A stretch of 64,000 nt of DNA, from assembly GCA_963813715.1 (NCBI GenBank), contig CAWFAK010000005.1, positions 736,001 to 800,000 of the forward strand, read 5' to 3'. The stretch's first letter is position 1, and every line of letters begins with the position of its first letter. Both the position numbers and the translations under genes were made by a program. Source of the stretch: an uncultured Planctomycetaceae bacterium (GTDB lineage: Bacteria > Planctomycetota > Planctomycetia > Planctomycetales > Planctomycetaceae). Below are positions 55,451-64,000 of this stretch, piece after piece. The notes under the pieces were generated by a model, which saw only the letters and a program-made list of their open reading frames with translations, ran no database searches and had not been told where the DNA came from.

Positions 55451-56866
55451 ATGAAAATGTTCTGTGCGGGTGAGTGGGTCGATCGGCCGGAAAAAATCGA
55501 CGTGACGAATCCGTACGATGGTTCGGTCGTCGATACCGTGCCCAAGGCGACGGCTGCCGACGTCGATCGCGCCGTCGCGACGCTGGTCCACGGCGCTCAG
55601 AAGATGCGGGCCATGTCCGCCTACGATCGCTCGCTGCTCTTGCGTCGCGCGGCCGAAATCATGAAACGCCGTGAGGACGAACTGGCTCGCACGATCAGTC
55701 GCGAAGAGGGAAAAGTCCTCGCCGAGGGGCGTCTCGAAGCCAGTCGCTCCCGCGAAACGATCGAAGTCTCGGCGGAAGAGGCGCGGCGGATTGTCGGCGA
55801 AATGGTGCCGTTGGACGCAGCTCCTGGTGCGGCCGGGCGAATCGGCTTCACGCTCCGCGTACCCTGCGGCATCGTCGCGGCGATAACACCCTTCAATTTT
55901 CCGCTCAACCTCGTGTGCCACAAGGTCGGTCCGGCATTGGCGGCCGGCAACGCCGTGATCATCAAGCCGGCTAGCGACACGCCGCTCTCGGCCCTCAAGC
56001 TTGTGGAGATTCTGCTCGAAGCCGGCACTCCTCCCGAGGCGATCGCCTGCCTGACTGGCGGAGGGGCTGCCATCGGCGACGCGCTCTCCACCGATCCTCG
56101 CATTCGCAAGATCAGCTTTACTGGCAGTTACGAGGTCGGCGAACACATCTGCAAGATGGCCGGCGTCAAACGCGTCACAATGGAGTTGGGCAGCAACAGT
56201 CCGGTGATCATCATGGACGACGCTGACCTCGAGCGCGCCGCCGAGGCCATTACTTCGGCCGGCTTTGCCAACGCCGGACAGGTCTGCATCTCGGCCCAGC
56301 GGATTCTCACCGCGAAGAAAATCGGCCCGGAGTTTCTGGACATCCTGAAGCCCAAGGTCGAAGCGATCAAAGTCGGCGATCCGCTGGCCGAGGGAGTCAA
56401 GATGGGGCCGCTTGTTCGCGAAGCCGATGCGGCCCGCGTGCAATCGTGGATCGAAGAAGCGGTCGCCGGCGGCGCCAAACTCGTCACGGGCGGTGGCCGC
56501 AAGGGGGCGCTGCACGAACCGACCATTCTGGATGACGTCGATCCGGAGATGAAGGTCAGCCGCGATGAACTCTTTGGACCGGCCGTCGCGCTTACTCCGT
56601 TTCGCGATATTGACGAAGCGATTCGCCTGGCCAACGACACGCGTTACGGCTTGTCGGCGGCCATTTTCACCCGCGATCTCGATCGGGCGATGAAGTTCGC
56701 CCGTGAGGTCGACAGCGGCAACCTGCACGTCAACTGGTCGAGCCAATGGCGGGCCGACCTGATGCCTTACGGCGGCGTGAAAGACAGCGGCTTGGGCAAG
56801 GAGGGTCCGAAATACGCCATCCGGGAGATGACCGAGGAAAAGATGGTCGTCCTGCACCTCAAATGA
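55451..56866 (+). CDS. Aldehyde dehydrogenase family protein
   Basis: ITPFNFP, IKPAS, SFTGS, MELGSNSP, GQVCIS, ELFGP, PYGGVKDSG. Confidence 0.95.
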   Translation: MKMFCAGEWVDRPEKIDVTNPYDGSVVDTVPKATAADVDRAVATLVHGAQKMRAMSAYDRSLLLRRAAEIMKRREDELARTISREEGKVLAEGRLEASRSRETIEVSAEEARRIVGEMVPLDAAPGAAGRIGFTLRVPCGIVAAITPFNFPLNLVCHKVGPALAAGNAVIIKPASDTPLSALKLVEILLEAGTPPEAIACLTGGGAAIGDALSTDPRIRKISFTGSYEVGEHICKMAGVKRVTMELGSNSPVIIMDDADLERAAEAITSAGFANAGQVCISAQRILTAKKIGPEFLDILKPKVEAIKVGDPLAEGVKMGPLVREADAARVQSWIEEAVAGGAKLVTGGGRKGALHEPTILDDVDPEMKVSRDELFGPAVALTPFRDIDEAIRLANDTRYGLSAAIFTRDLDRAMKFAREVDSGNLHVNWSSQWRADLMPYGGVKDSGLGKEGPKYAIREMTEEKMVVLHLK

Positions 56867-56914
56867 CGGCCCGGTTTTCACCCACGCCCACGCGTCGCAC
56901 CGTTTCCATCCGCT

Positions 56915-57991
56915 TTGTCGCGATTCGTCGAAGAGATTGACGTGGAGTTCCCCTTCCCGCCTTTGGTCCCCGTGCCGGTCAGCACGGCACTCCTCGTCAT
57001 CCCGGCGATCGCCATTTTCTTTGTGTGGCTGACGCGGCTGGCCTTCCCCCCGTCGAAATCGGCCATTCTGCGGATCTGCTCGCTCGTGGCGGTCGCCGTT
57101 TCGATCTTTGTCTGCGTGATCGCCCTCTCCGATGCGGCGTTGGAGGCGTCCGATGGCAGCCACTACCCAACCGCCCTGCTCGTCGCCTGGATTGTCATCG
57201 TCATCGCGGCGATCGGTGCTGCGGCCGTCAAATTTCGACGATTCGACGACCGGCCGTTGCGGCTGACGGTGATTGTCGTCGGGCTGGCGGCCTTCCTGCT
57301 CGCCTTTCTCGGTTCGCAAACCGCCACGGGCCGATCGGCCGCGCTACTGGCGCGCTGCAAAAAACACGTGCAGGGGATCGGCGACGCCTTTCGCGACGTC
57401 GGCAAGACCCGCGGTCAATATCCCGACGCCGTCGAACAGCTTCCCAACCGTCCGCCGCAAAGCTGGCGAGTGAACTTGTTGGCGATCATTTCGCGACGCG
57501 GATCGATGGGCTACGACTTCAACCAGTCCTGGGACTCCGCCGCCAATCTGCCGCTCGCCCAAACCGAAATCGAAAGCTATTCCTGCCCGGCGGTGGGAAT
57601 CCAGCGCGACGAGCAGAATCGGTGGCTCTCGCCGCTTGCCCTGGTGACCGGCCCAGGAACGATCTTTCCCAACGGCAAATCACTGCCGATCAAGGACGTG
57701 ACGGACGGCCTCACCAACACGCTGCTGGCCGTCGAGGCGATCGGGCTGGGAATTGTCTGGAGCGAGCCGCGCGACTTCGACGTCTCAAAGGGAAAGATCG
57801 GCTTCGATATGCCCGGCTCGGCTCCCGGTCGGTCGCCCGCGTTGTTGTCGTCCTACCATCCGCACTGCGCCAACGCCGTGATGGGGGACGGCAGCGTCGT
57901 GCTGCTGAGCGACAAGATCGACCCCCAGGTGCTCAAGGCGCTGACGACGGCGGCCGGCCACGACTCGATCGAAGGCTTCCGCGGCAACTAG
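56915..57991 (+). CDS. Membrane protein with DUF1559 domain
   Basis: About 4 TM helices, then SWRV.LL, YDFNQSWDS, VTDGLTNT, SYHPHCANAVMGDGSV (H-X9-DG). Confidence 0.85.
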   Translation: MSRFVEEIDVEFPFPPLVPVPVSTALLVIPAIAIFFVWLTRLAFPPSKSAILRICSLVAVAVSIFVCVIALSDAALEASDGSHYPTALLVAWIVIVIAAIGAAAVKFRRFDDRPLRLTVIVVGLAAFLLAFLGSQTATGRSAALLARCKKHVQGIGDAFRDVGKTRGQYPDAVEQLPNRPPQSWRVNLLAIISRRGSMGYDFNQSWDSAANLPLAQTEIESYSCPAVGIQRDEQNRWLSPLALVTGPGTIFPNGKSLPIKDVTDGLTNTLLAVEAIGLGIVWSEPRDFDVSKGKIGFDMPGSAPGRSPALLSSYHPHCANAVMGDGSVVLLSDKIDPQVLKALTTAAGHDSIEGFRGN

Positions 57992-58710
57992 CCCGGGGCG
58001 GCTGCCGCTGACAACGGCATCGGTCCGCGAAATTCGCCGGTCTGGCGGGCCTGGTACACGAGGTCGCTGCCGACGTCGAGCGCCGTGAGATACATGCCCC
58101 CGTAGGCGAACGTATCGATGCAGACCCAACGATTGCCGACCCAGACTTCGCCGGTCTTTTGCGCCGTATGACCGCAAACGACGCGTTGTCCGCTCGGCAG
58201 CGGCGATTCTTGCCGCGTGAGCTTGGCCCAGCGGAGCCATTCGGGAGTTTGCTCGATGAGCGGACGGCCCGGCTCGAGGTTGGCGTGAACGAAGACCGTC
58301 GACGGGGTCTCGAAGTAGTCGAGGCCCGAGCGCAAGAACGTGAGGTGCTCCGGCGGAATTTCGCCGGTGTCTTCGGCATGCTCGCCGTACGACATCAGCG
58401 TCTCGAGGCCGCCAAAGCCGAGCCAGGGATCCTGCAGCTCCTCGATAGCCAGCGAATCGAGAAGCATTTCCTCGTGATTGCCGAGCAGAAAGGCGAGCCG
58501 ACAGCGCTGTTTCAAGTCGATCAGGCGGTCGATCACCTGCCGGGTACCCGGACCGCGATCGATCACGTCGCCCAGCACCACGACGGTGTCGCTCGACGTG
58601 ATCGCCAAGTGAGTCAGCAGCGTCTCGAAGGCGACGTGGCAGCCGTGAATATCGCCAATCGCCAACAGCCGCCCCTCGGACGGGCGGGCGACGGAATCCT
58701 CCGCTGCCAT
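57988..58710 (-). CDS. Metallophosphoesterase (PPP-type Ser/Thr phosphatase-like)
   Basis: GDIHG, GDVIDRG, GNHE, VHA, GHT, IDT motifs. Confidence 0.93.
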   Translation of the reverse strand: MAAEDSVARPSEGRLLAIGDIHGCHVAFETLLTHLAITSSDTVVVLGDVIDRGPGTRQVIDRLIDLKQRCRLAFLLGNHEEMLLDSLAIEELQDPWLGFGGLETLMSYGEHAEDTGEIPPEHLTFLRSGLDYFETPSTVFVHANLEPGRPLIEQTPEWLRWAKLTRQESPLPSGQRVVCGHTAQKTGEVWVGNRWVCIDTFAYGGMYLTALDVGSDLVYQARQTGEFRGPMPLSAAAAPG

Positions 58711-58736
58711 CAACGGGCCCTTTAGAACTTCCGCCC

Positions 58737-59951
58737 TTAGAACTTTCGGGGTGTGATCCGCCCCTGCACGCGACCGGGCAGGCCGACGATCCGCAGAAAT
58801 CCCTCGGCGTCTGACTGGTTGTACGAGCCGCCGGCCTCCATGCTGGCGACCGCCTCATCGTAGAGGCTCACGGGGCTCTTGCGGCCGGCGAGCGTGATGT
58901 TGCCCTTGTAGAGGTCGAGGGTCGCCTCGCCCGTGACGGTCTTCTGTGCCTGGCGGATGAAGGCCATGAGGGCGTCCATCTTCGCGCCGTACCAGAAGCC
59001 GTAGTAGACCATCTCGGCCACTTCGGGGGACAGGCGATCGCGGAGGTGCATGAGGTCGCGGTCCATGGTCAGCTGCTCGACGGCCCGGTGGGCGTCGTAG
59101 AGCAGCGTCATGCCCGGCGCCTCGTACACGCCGCGACTCTTCATGCCCACGAACCGGTTCTCGACGACATCGATCCGTCCCACGCCGTTGCGGCCGCCGA
59201 TCTGGTTGAGCTCGGTCACCATCTCGAACGGCGAGCGCTTGCGGCCGTTGAGCGACACGGGGACGCCCGTCTCGAAGCCGATGCTGACCGTTTCGACCGC
59301 GTCGGGGGCTTTTTTCGGCGAGACGGTCATGCCGAACTCGACAATCTCGCAGCCGTTGACGTTGGGGTCTTCGAGTTTGCCCGCCTCGTAGCTGATGTGC
59401 AAGCAGTTCTCGTCGGAGCTATAGGGTTTGGAAACGGTGGCTTTGACGGGGATTTTCTTCGCGTTGCAGTAGGCGATCATTTCCGCCCGCCCGGGGAAGT
59501 TCTGGCGGAACTTTTCGATCCGCCACGGGGCGATGATTTTCACCGCCGGGTCGAGGGCCTCGGCCGCGAGTTGGAAGCGGCACTGGTCGTTGCCTTTGCC
59601 GGTGGCGCCGTGGGCGTAAGCGTCGGCCCCGACGTCGCGGGCCGCCTGCAGGCAGGCCTTGGCAATTAGCGGCCGGGCGATCGACGTGCCCAGCAGGTAG
59701 ACGGCCTCGTACTTGGCTTGCCACTGCAACACGGGGAAGGCGAAATCGCGGCAGAGTTCCTCGCGAGCGTCGATGATGCGGGCCGAGGCGGCGCCGGTGT
59801 CGCGGGCCTTTTTCAGAATGGCCTCGCGATCTTCACAGGGCTGGCCCAGGTCGACGTAGACGCAATGGACCTGGTAGCCCTCGTCCATCAGCCAGCCCAG
59901 AATGACAGACGTATCGAGTCCGCCGGAGTACGCCAGAACGCAGCTTGCCAT
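58737..59951 (-). CDS. argG: Argininosuccinate synthase
   Basis: LAYSGGLDTS, LGTSIARP, HGATGKGNDQ, ENRFVGMKSRGVYE. Confidence 0.98.
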   Translation of the reverse strand: MASCVLAYSGGLDTSVILGWLMDEGYQVHCVYVDLGQPCEDREAILKKARDTGAASARIIDAREELCRDFAFPVLQWQAKYEAVYLLGTSIARPLIAKACLQAARDVGADAYAHGATGKGNDQCRFQLAAEALDPAVKIIAPWRIEKFRQNFPGRAEMIAYCNAKKIPVKATVSKPYSSDENCLHISYEAGKLEDPNVNGCEIVEFGMTVSPKKAPDAVETVSIGFETGVPVSLNGRKRSPFEMVTELNQIGGRNGVGRIDVVENRFVGMKSRGVYEAPGMTLLYDAHRAVEQLTMDRDLMHLRDRLSPEVAEMVYYGFWYGAKMDALMAFIRQAQKTVTGEATLDLYKGNITLAGRKSPVSLYDEAVASMEAGGSYNQSDAEGFLRIVGLPGRVQGRITPRKF

Positions 59952-60131
59952 GCTTCAAAATCCTCGATCCAGCCGTTCCTTTTGAACCGCGAGCTGCACA
60001 ACAACGACGCAGCGCAGCGACGCAAGAGCAACGACACCAAGTGCGACCGCCGGTTCAGGGACGAACGGCGACCGTTCCGGATTATCCCGACCGCGTTGGC
60101 GCTTCACCAGTCCGTGACGCGGAGCGGACGA

Positions 60132-61271
60132 CTAGGAAATAAGGACGAGCGGCGGGACGCAACTCAGACGGCGGGAGGCGCTGTCGAGTTCTTTCACGCC
60201 GAAGGCTCGCGCGAGCGCGTTGTACCGTGAGAGCGTGAAGTTTTTGCTCACCGACGCGTTCGGCACGATGCCGTCGAATCCATGATAGGCGCCGGCAACG
60301 ACCACGAGATCGGTGCGCACACCGGCGTCCACCAGCCGCCTGGCGTATTCGATGTCCTCATCCACGAACAGATCGATCGATCCGGTCCCGATCCACGCGG
60401 GTGGGAGCCCGGCCAGGTGATCCAATCGAGCTGGGACGGCACCGGCCGGAGCGCGAGGGCCGCCGGGCTCGGTCCCGAGGAATGCCTTCCAGCCGTGCCG
60501 GTTGAGTTCGGCCGTCCAAATGAACGTACCGATGTGGGCCGGGGGCTGCCGCGAACTGCCCGTGCGGTCATCCAACATCGGATAAACGAGCGATTGGAAA
60601 AGAACGGGGACTTCGCCCCGGTGGCGGGCCGCGATGGCCAGGATGGCCGCGTGTCCGCCTCCAGCGCTTTCACCCGCCAACGCGATCCGCGCGGGATCGA
60701 CGCCGAGCGATTCCGCTTGCGAATGCAGCCACTTGAGCGCCGCGTAGTTATCTTCCAGCGAGCCGGGGAAAGGAGTCTCCGGTGCCAGCCGGTATTCCAC
60801 GGTGACAATGACGCAGTCCAGAGCCTGGGCCATCAATTGCAGCCTGGGGACGTCGTTCGCTGCCGTGCCGAGCAGAAAACCGCCGCCATGAGTATGCAGC
60901 ACGGCAGGCCGACGTTCCCCGGGCTTGGCATTAATGACGAACACCTTCACGTCAGGCGATCCCTGATGGGCAGGCACCATCCGCTCGGCGACCGACGGCG
61001 TGGGAAACCGTCGGAGTGTCGAAAATGGCATCTTGCGAAATGCGGCGAGTTGAGCCGGCGAAATCTCCTTCGGCAACTTGAACGCCGGCATCCCTTTCAG
61101 CGGGGCGCGCAGCTCCGGAGCCACCAATTGCATCGGATCGATCGCCCGGCCGACTGCCTTTTGTTGGTCATCGCCGGCAGTGATAGACGCCCCCAACATG
61201 GCGATTGCGGCCGCCCCGGGCGCCGAGAGTACAAAATCTCGACGAGAAATTGCGGATCGATCGTTAATCAT
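60132..61271 (-). CDS. Tat-exported alpha/beta hydrolase (HSL-family esterase)
   Basis: SRRDF signal, HGGGF, YRLAPE, GESAGG, YPMLDDR, D.FVDE, HGF. Confidence 0.92.
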   Translation of the reverse strand: MINDRSAISRRDFVLSAPGAAAIAMLGASITAGDDQQKAVGRAIDPMQLVAPELRAPLKGMPAFKLPKEISPAQLAAFRKMPFSTLRRFPTPSVAERMVPAHQGSPDVKVFVINAKPGERRPAVLHTHGGGFLLGTAANDVPRLQLMAQALDCVIVTVEYRLAPETPFPGSLEDNYAALKWLHSQAESLGVDPARIALAGESAGGGHAAILAIAARHRGEVPVLFQSLVYPMLDDRTGSSRQPPAHIGTFIWTAELNRHGWKAFLGTEPGGPRAPAGAVPARLDHLAGLPPAWIGTGSIDLFVDEDIEYARRLVDAGVRTDLVVVAGAYHGFDGIVPNASVSKNFTLSRYNALARAFGVKELDSASRRLSCVPPLVLIS

Positions 61272-61413
61272 GAGTCACTCTTCGTGGTCCAGGAGAGCCC
61301 CGCCGCATAGGCTAACGCGTGCTCTGACTTGCGGACAACTGACTCCGCAGTGTCATGCTCGCAACTCCGCATCGAGGTCCGCGGGCGGGCGAGGGCGGCC
61401 AGTGGGCGCGAAC

Positions 61414-61821
61414 TCAGATCGTGGCGATGATCTCGACCAGCATGCGGTTGGGCAGCAGCAGGAAGCACACCTGCCGGCCTCCAAAGGCCACGGCCGGCTT
61501 GGGATGCGAGACAAGCACGGCCCCTTTGTCGATCAGTGTTCGCACCGCGGCCCGCAGGTTGTGCGAGAGAAAAGCCTGGTGGTACATCTGGATGCCCCGC
61601 GACAGGAACGTACAGACGGGCGATTCCGGCCGCAGCGGCTCGATCAGCTCGATCTGCATCGAGCCAGCTTTCATGAACAAGCCGCGGATGACCTGCCGCG
61701 AATCCTCGAAAATCTCCCCTTCCCGCCGAAAGCCGATCAGCTCGTACTGCGGGATCTCGTTTTCGATCCGCTCGCAGGCGATTCCAACGTGGTGAAAGAC
61801 CAAATCGTCTAGCGGTGTCAT
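61414..61821 (-). CDS. VOC-family protein (methylmalonyl-CoA epimerase-like)
   Basis: FHHVGIAC, IELIEP, YHQAF, PKPAVAFGGR, VEII; ATGA overlap with the FkbH gene. Confidence 0.88.
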   Translation of the reverse strand: MTPLDDLVFHHVGIACERIENEIPQYELIGFRREGEIFEDSRQVIRGLFMKAGSMQIELIEPLRPESPVCTFLSRGIQMYHQAFLSHNLRAAVRTLIDKGAVLVSHPKPAVAFGGRQVCFLLLPNRMLVEIIATI

Positions 61822-63601
61822 GCGGGCGGCATCCGATCGTGAAGTTGGAACCAGGAAAAAATTTCGGCGGCGGAATCGGTCCGAATGGCCCACTCGCCCG
61901 GTGCGGACCCGGCCAGAAAGCCGGCTTCCGCGAAGACGCCACGAACGGGCGTATTTCGCGGGGTTTCGATCACGGTGCCTCGCAAGGTCGTCCAGCCCCG
62001 GGTGGCGGCCCGCCGGATGGCCCATTTGAGCACGGCCGTCTCCAAGCCGCGGCCCAGCACGCGGCAGGAGAGCAAATAACAGTCCACAGTGCCCTGCCCT
62101 GGGTCGCTGTCCCCTCCGTCGTCCCGCGGTCGGTTGGACGTTTCGGCTCGCAGGATCAGGAGGCCGATATTCTCGAATTGCAAATGACGATCTTCGAGAC
62201 CGACGACGACCACGTCGCCTCCCTCCGCCACAATCTGTTGCAGGCTCCGCTGATCATAGCGGCGGGTGGTGGTGTTGAATTGATTTGTCTTTTGCGAAAG
62301 CTGGACGGCCCGGGCGATGTTCGAATCATCCAAGGGCTGCAAGAAGAGCTGCATACCCAGCCCGGCGTAGAATTCGTCGAGGCTGTTGGCCCCCGTCCGT
62401 TCTTCCTGAGTTTTTCGCAGGGCTTGGTAGCTGCGAATGCGCCCCGCATCTTCGGCGGTCAGGCCGACCGATTGCAACCAGGGACAGTCGGCCAGCGTCT
62501 CCGCAAAGAAGGCCGGGCTGGCCGGCAGATCGAGAATCTTGACCTCGGGCAGCTTGACCCGAATCTGCTCGCGCTCAATCGGATTGTCGTCCACGAAGAG
62601 CAGCGACTCGAGCCCCAGGTTGAGCTCTTGGGCAATCTCGCGAAGGTTGTCCGACTTGGCTCCGCCAGTCGATCCGCAGGGCGACGAGATCGGCCGAACG
62701 GATCAGCATCGACGAATGTGTATCGAGCGCCTGCAGCGCCAAGTCGCGATCGTTGCGGCTGCAGACGGCCAGCCCGATGCCCCGCGCCGGTAACATCTTG
62801 AGTGCCCGCTGAAAGGTGGTGAAGGCGTTTCCCGGATAGTCGCCCCCAATGCGGATGCCGGCCAGGCCGTCCTCGCCCAGAACGCCGCCCCACAACGTGT
62901 TGTCCAAGTCGAGCACGACGACTCGCGCCTCTTGCCGAGTAACGCCAGCGTCAGGCCGATCCAACGGCGGGCCAGTCGCTGCGAAAAGCCCTCGGAGAAG
63001 GGCAAACGTCCCAAGTGCCAGAGCATCGAGTCACAAGCGGCCACCGGGACGGCCGCCGCTTCCGCGGCCACGTCGACCCACAGCACTTGCGAGAGGCCGG
63101 CGAGGCGCTCGGCGAGCAGGCCATTCATCTCGTCGAGGAGTTTGAGCCCGGCTTGGACGTCCGCGTCGGTCGAGGGGTCGAGTCGCACAAATCGATGGAC
63201 GATCGCCCAGCCCTGGTTGGCGGACTGAAAGCCGGCAACGAGGTCGGCATATTCGCGGACGGCCACTTCGATCGATCCGGCGGGCACCCCGTCCAACCGG
63301 GCCTGCCCAACAGATCTTCCAGGCGATCGCAAAAGATGGCCACGTCGGGCCGCGAGCGACGCAGCGACGAGTTCGGATCGACCAGTTGTTGCCTCAACTG
63401 GCCGTAAGGCACCTCGGACGTTTCCACTCGGCGATCGGGCAGAAACTCGGCCGCTTGTGACGCGAACGCAGCGCGGAGCACGCGGACGTTAGCGCTCCCC
63501 AGGACGGCGACGCGCAGAGGCAGGCCTCCAGCCGAATCTGGCGGCGACTCCCCCTGCTCCGCCGGCCGCGGGCCGGAGGATCCATGTTCGGCTGCGCTCA
63601 C
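61818..63601 (-). CDS. FkbH-like HAD-IIIC phosphatase/glyceryl transferase with C-terminal GNAT-like domain (about 3 indels)
   Basis: VPYGQ, VVLDLDNTLWGGVLGEDG, LAVCSRND, FVDDNPIER, SQKTNQFN, LLSCRVLGRGLE across frames. Confidence 0.9.
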
Positions 63602-64000
63602 GTCGCTTCTCGCGGGCGTTGAGGGGAGGAAGAAAGCGACACCCGCGGCGAAAGGTGAATCAGCCCCTTTTCGGCAAAGCGGCCGAGATGACGACGCAAG
63701 GGGCCGAACGGGACGCGAAGCCGCTCCGCGATCTCGAACACGCTCAGCGTTCCGTCGAGATAGCGGGGCAGCGCGTCCTGGATGCGACCCAGGACGAGGT
63801 CTTCGGCTGACAAGTTTTTGGCGACCGTCGGATCGGGCCGCTCGATGTAGAGTCCATATTTGGGGTTCGAGAGGGCCATCAGCCCCTCAAAGCGCCGCTC
63901 GATGGTGCCGTCTTCCTCGAAGACCTCGACCATACGCTTGAGCATCTCGAGCGTTGCCGCGAGCTTGTCGACGCGATTCAGCTCGAGATCGTCGCGGCTC
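63598..64000 (-). CDS. C-terminal part of a DUF4910-like (aminopeptidase-like plus winged-helix) protein; runs off the window
   Basis: RRFEGLMALSNPKYGLY, YLDGTLSVFEIAERL...EKGLI; overlaps the FkbH start. Confidence 0.65.
   Translation of the reverse strand, partial: SRDDLELNRVDKLAATLEMLKRMVEVFEEDGTIERRFEGLMALSNPKYGLYIERPDPTVAKNLSAEDLVLGRIQDALPRYLDGTLSVFEIAERLRVPFGPLRRHLGRFAEKGLIHLSPRVSLSSSPQRPREAT

Overview
High-GC bacterial chromosome segment, almost certainly Planctomycetota (inferred from PSD1/PSCyt cytochrome, DUF1501, DUF1559, DUF1080 and ThuA families and an L17 carrying an insertion). Bases 1-10.35 kb hold the end of the S10-spc-alpha ribosomal superoperon (rplP to rplQ, with secY, map and rpoA; rpmD, adk, infA and rpsD are absent here). 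The remainder is scattered housekeeping genes (trpC, tyrS, trpBA, sat, pepA, argG, cutA, cyclophilin, SRAP) mixed with planctomycete-type secreted or hypothetical genes. It ends inside a coupled DUF4910-FkbH-VOC cluster. About 20 genes, including essential secY, rplX and rplQ, carry single-base indels, which I read as assembly or basecalling errors rather than pseudogenes. I saw no tRNA, rRNA, CRISPR array, integrase or transposase. The best leads are: (1) two paralogues, 35 kb apart, of a small protein domain I do not recognise (E-x-RLR-x-WAR-x-NY...HP-x2-L-x-EM), one of them missed by the ORF track; (2) two periodic arrays inside the ribosomal superoperon, namely 3x30-bp hairpins before rpsN and a 13-bp-period GATTC array before rpoA; (3) a nested direct-repeat/hairpin scar at about 32.9-33.4 kb and two inverted REP-like doublets; (4) a secreted Tyr/Gly- then Cys/Gly-rich protein. 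All family assignments come from motif recognition by eye; no database search was run.
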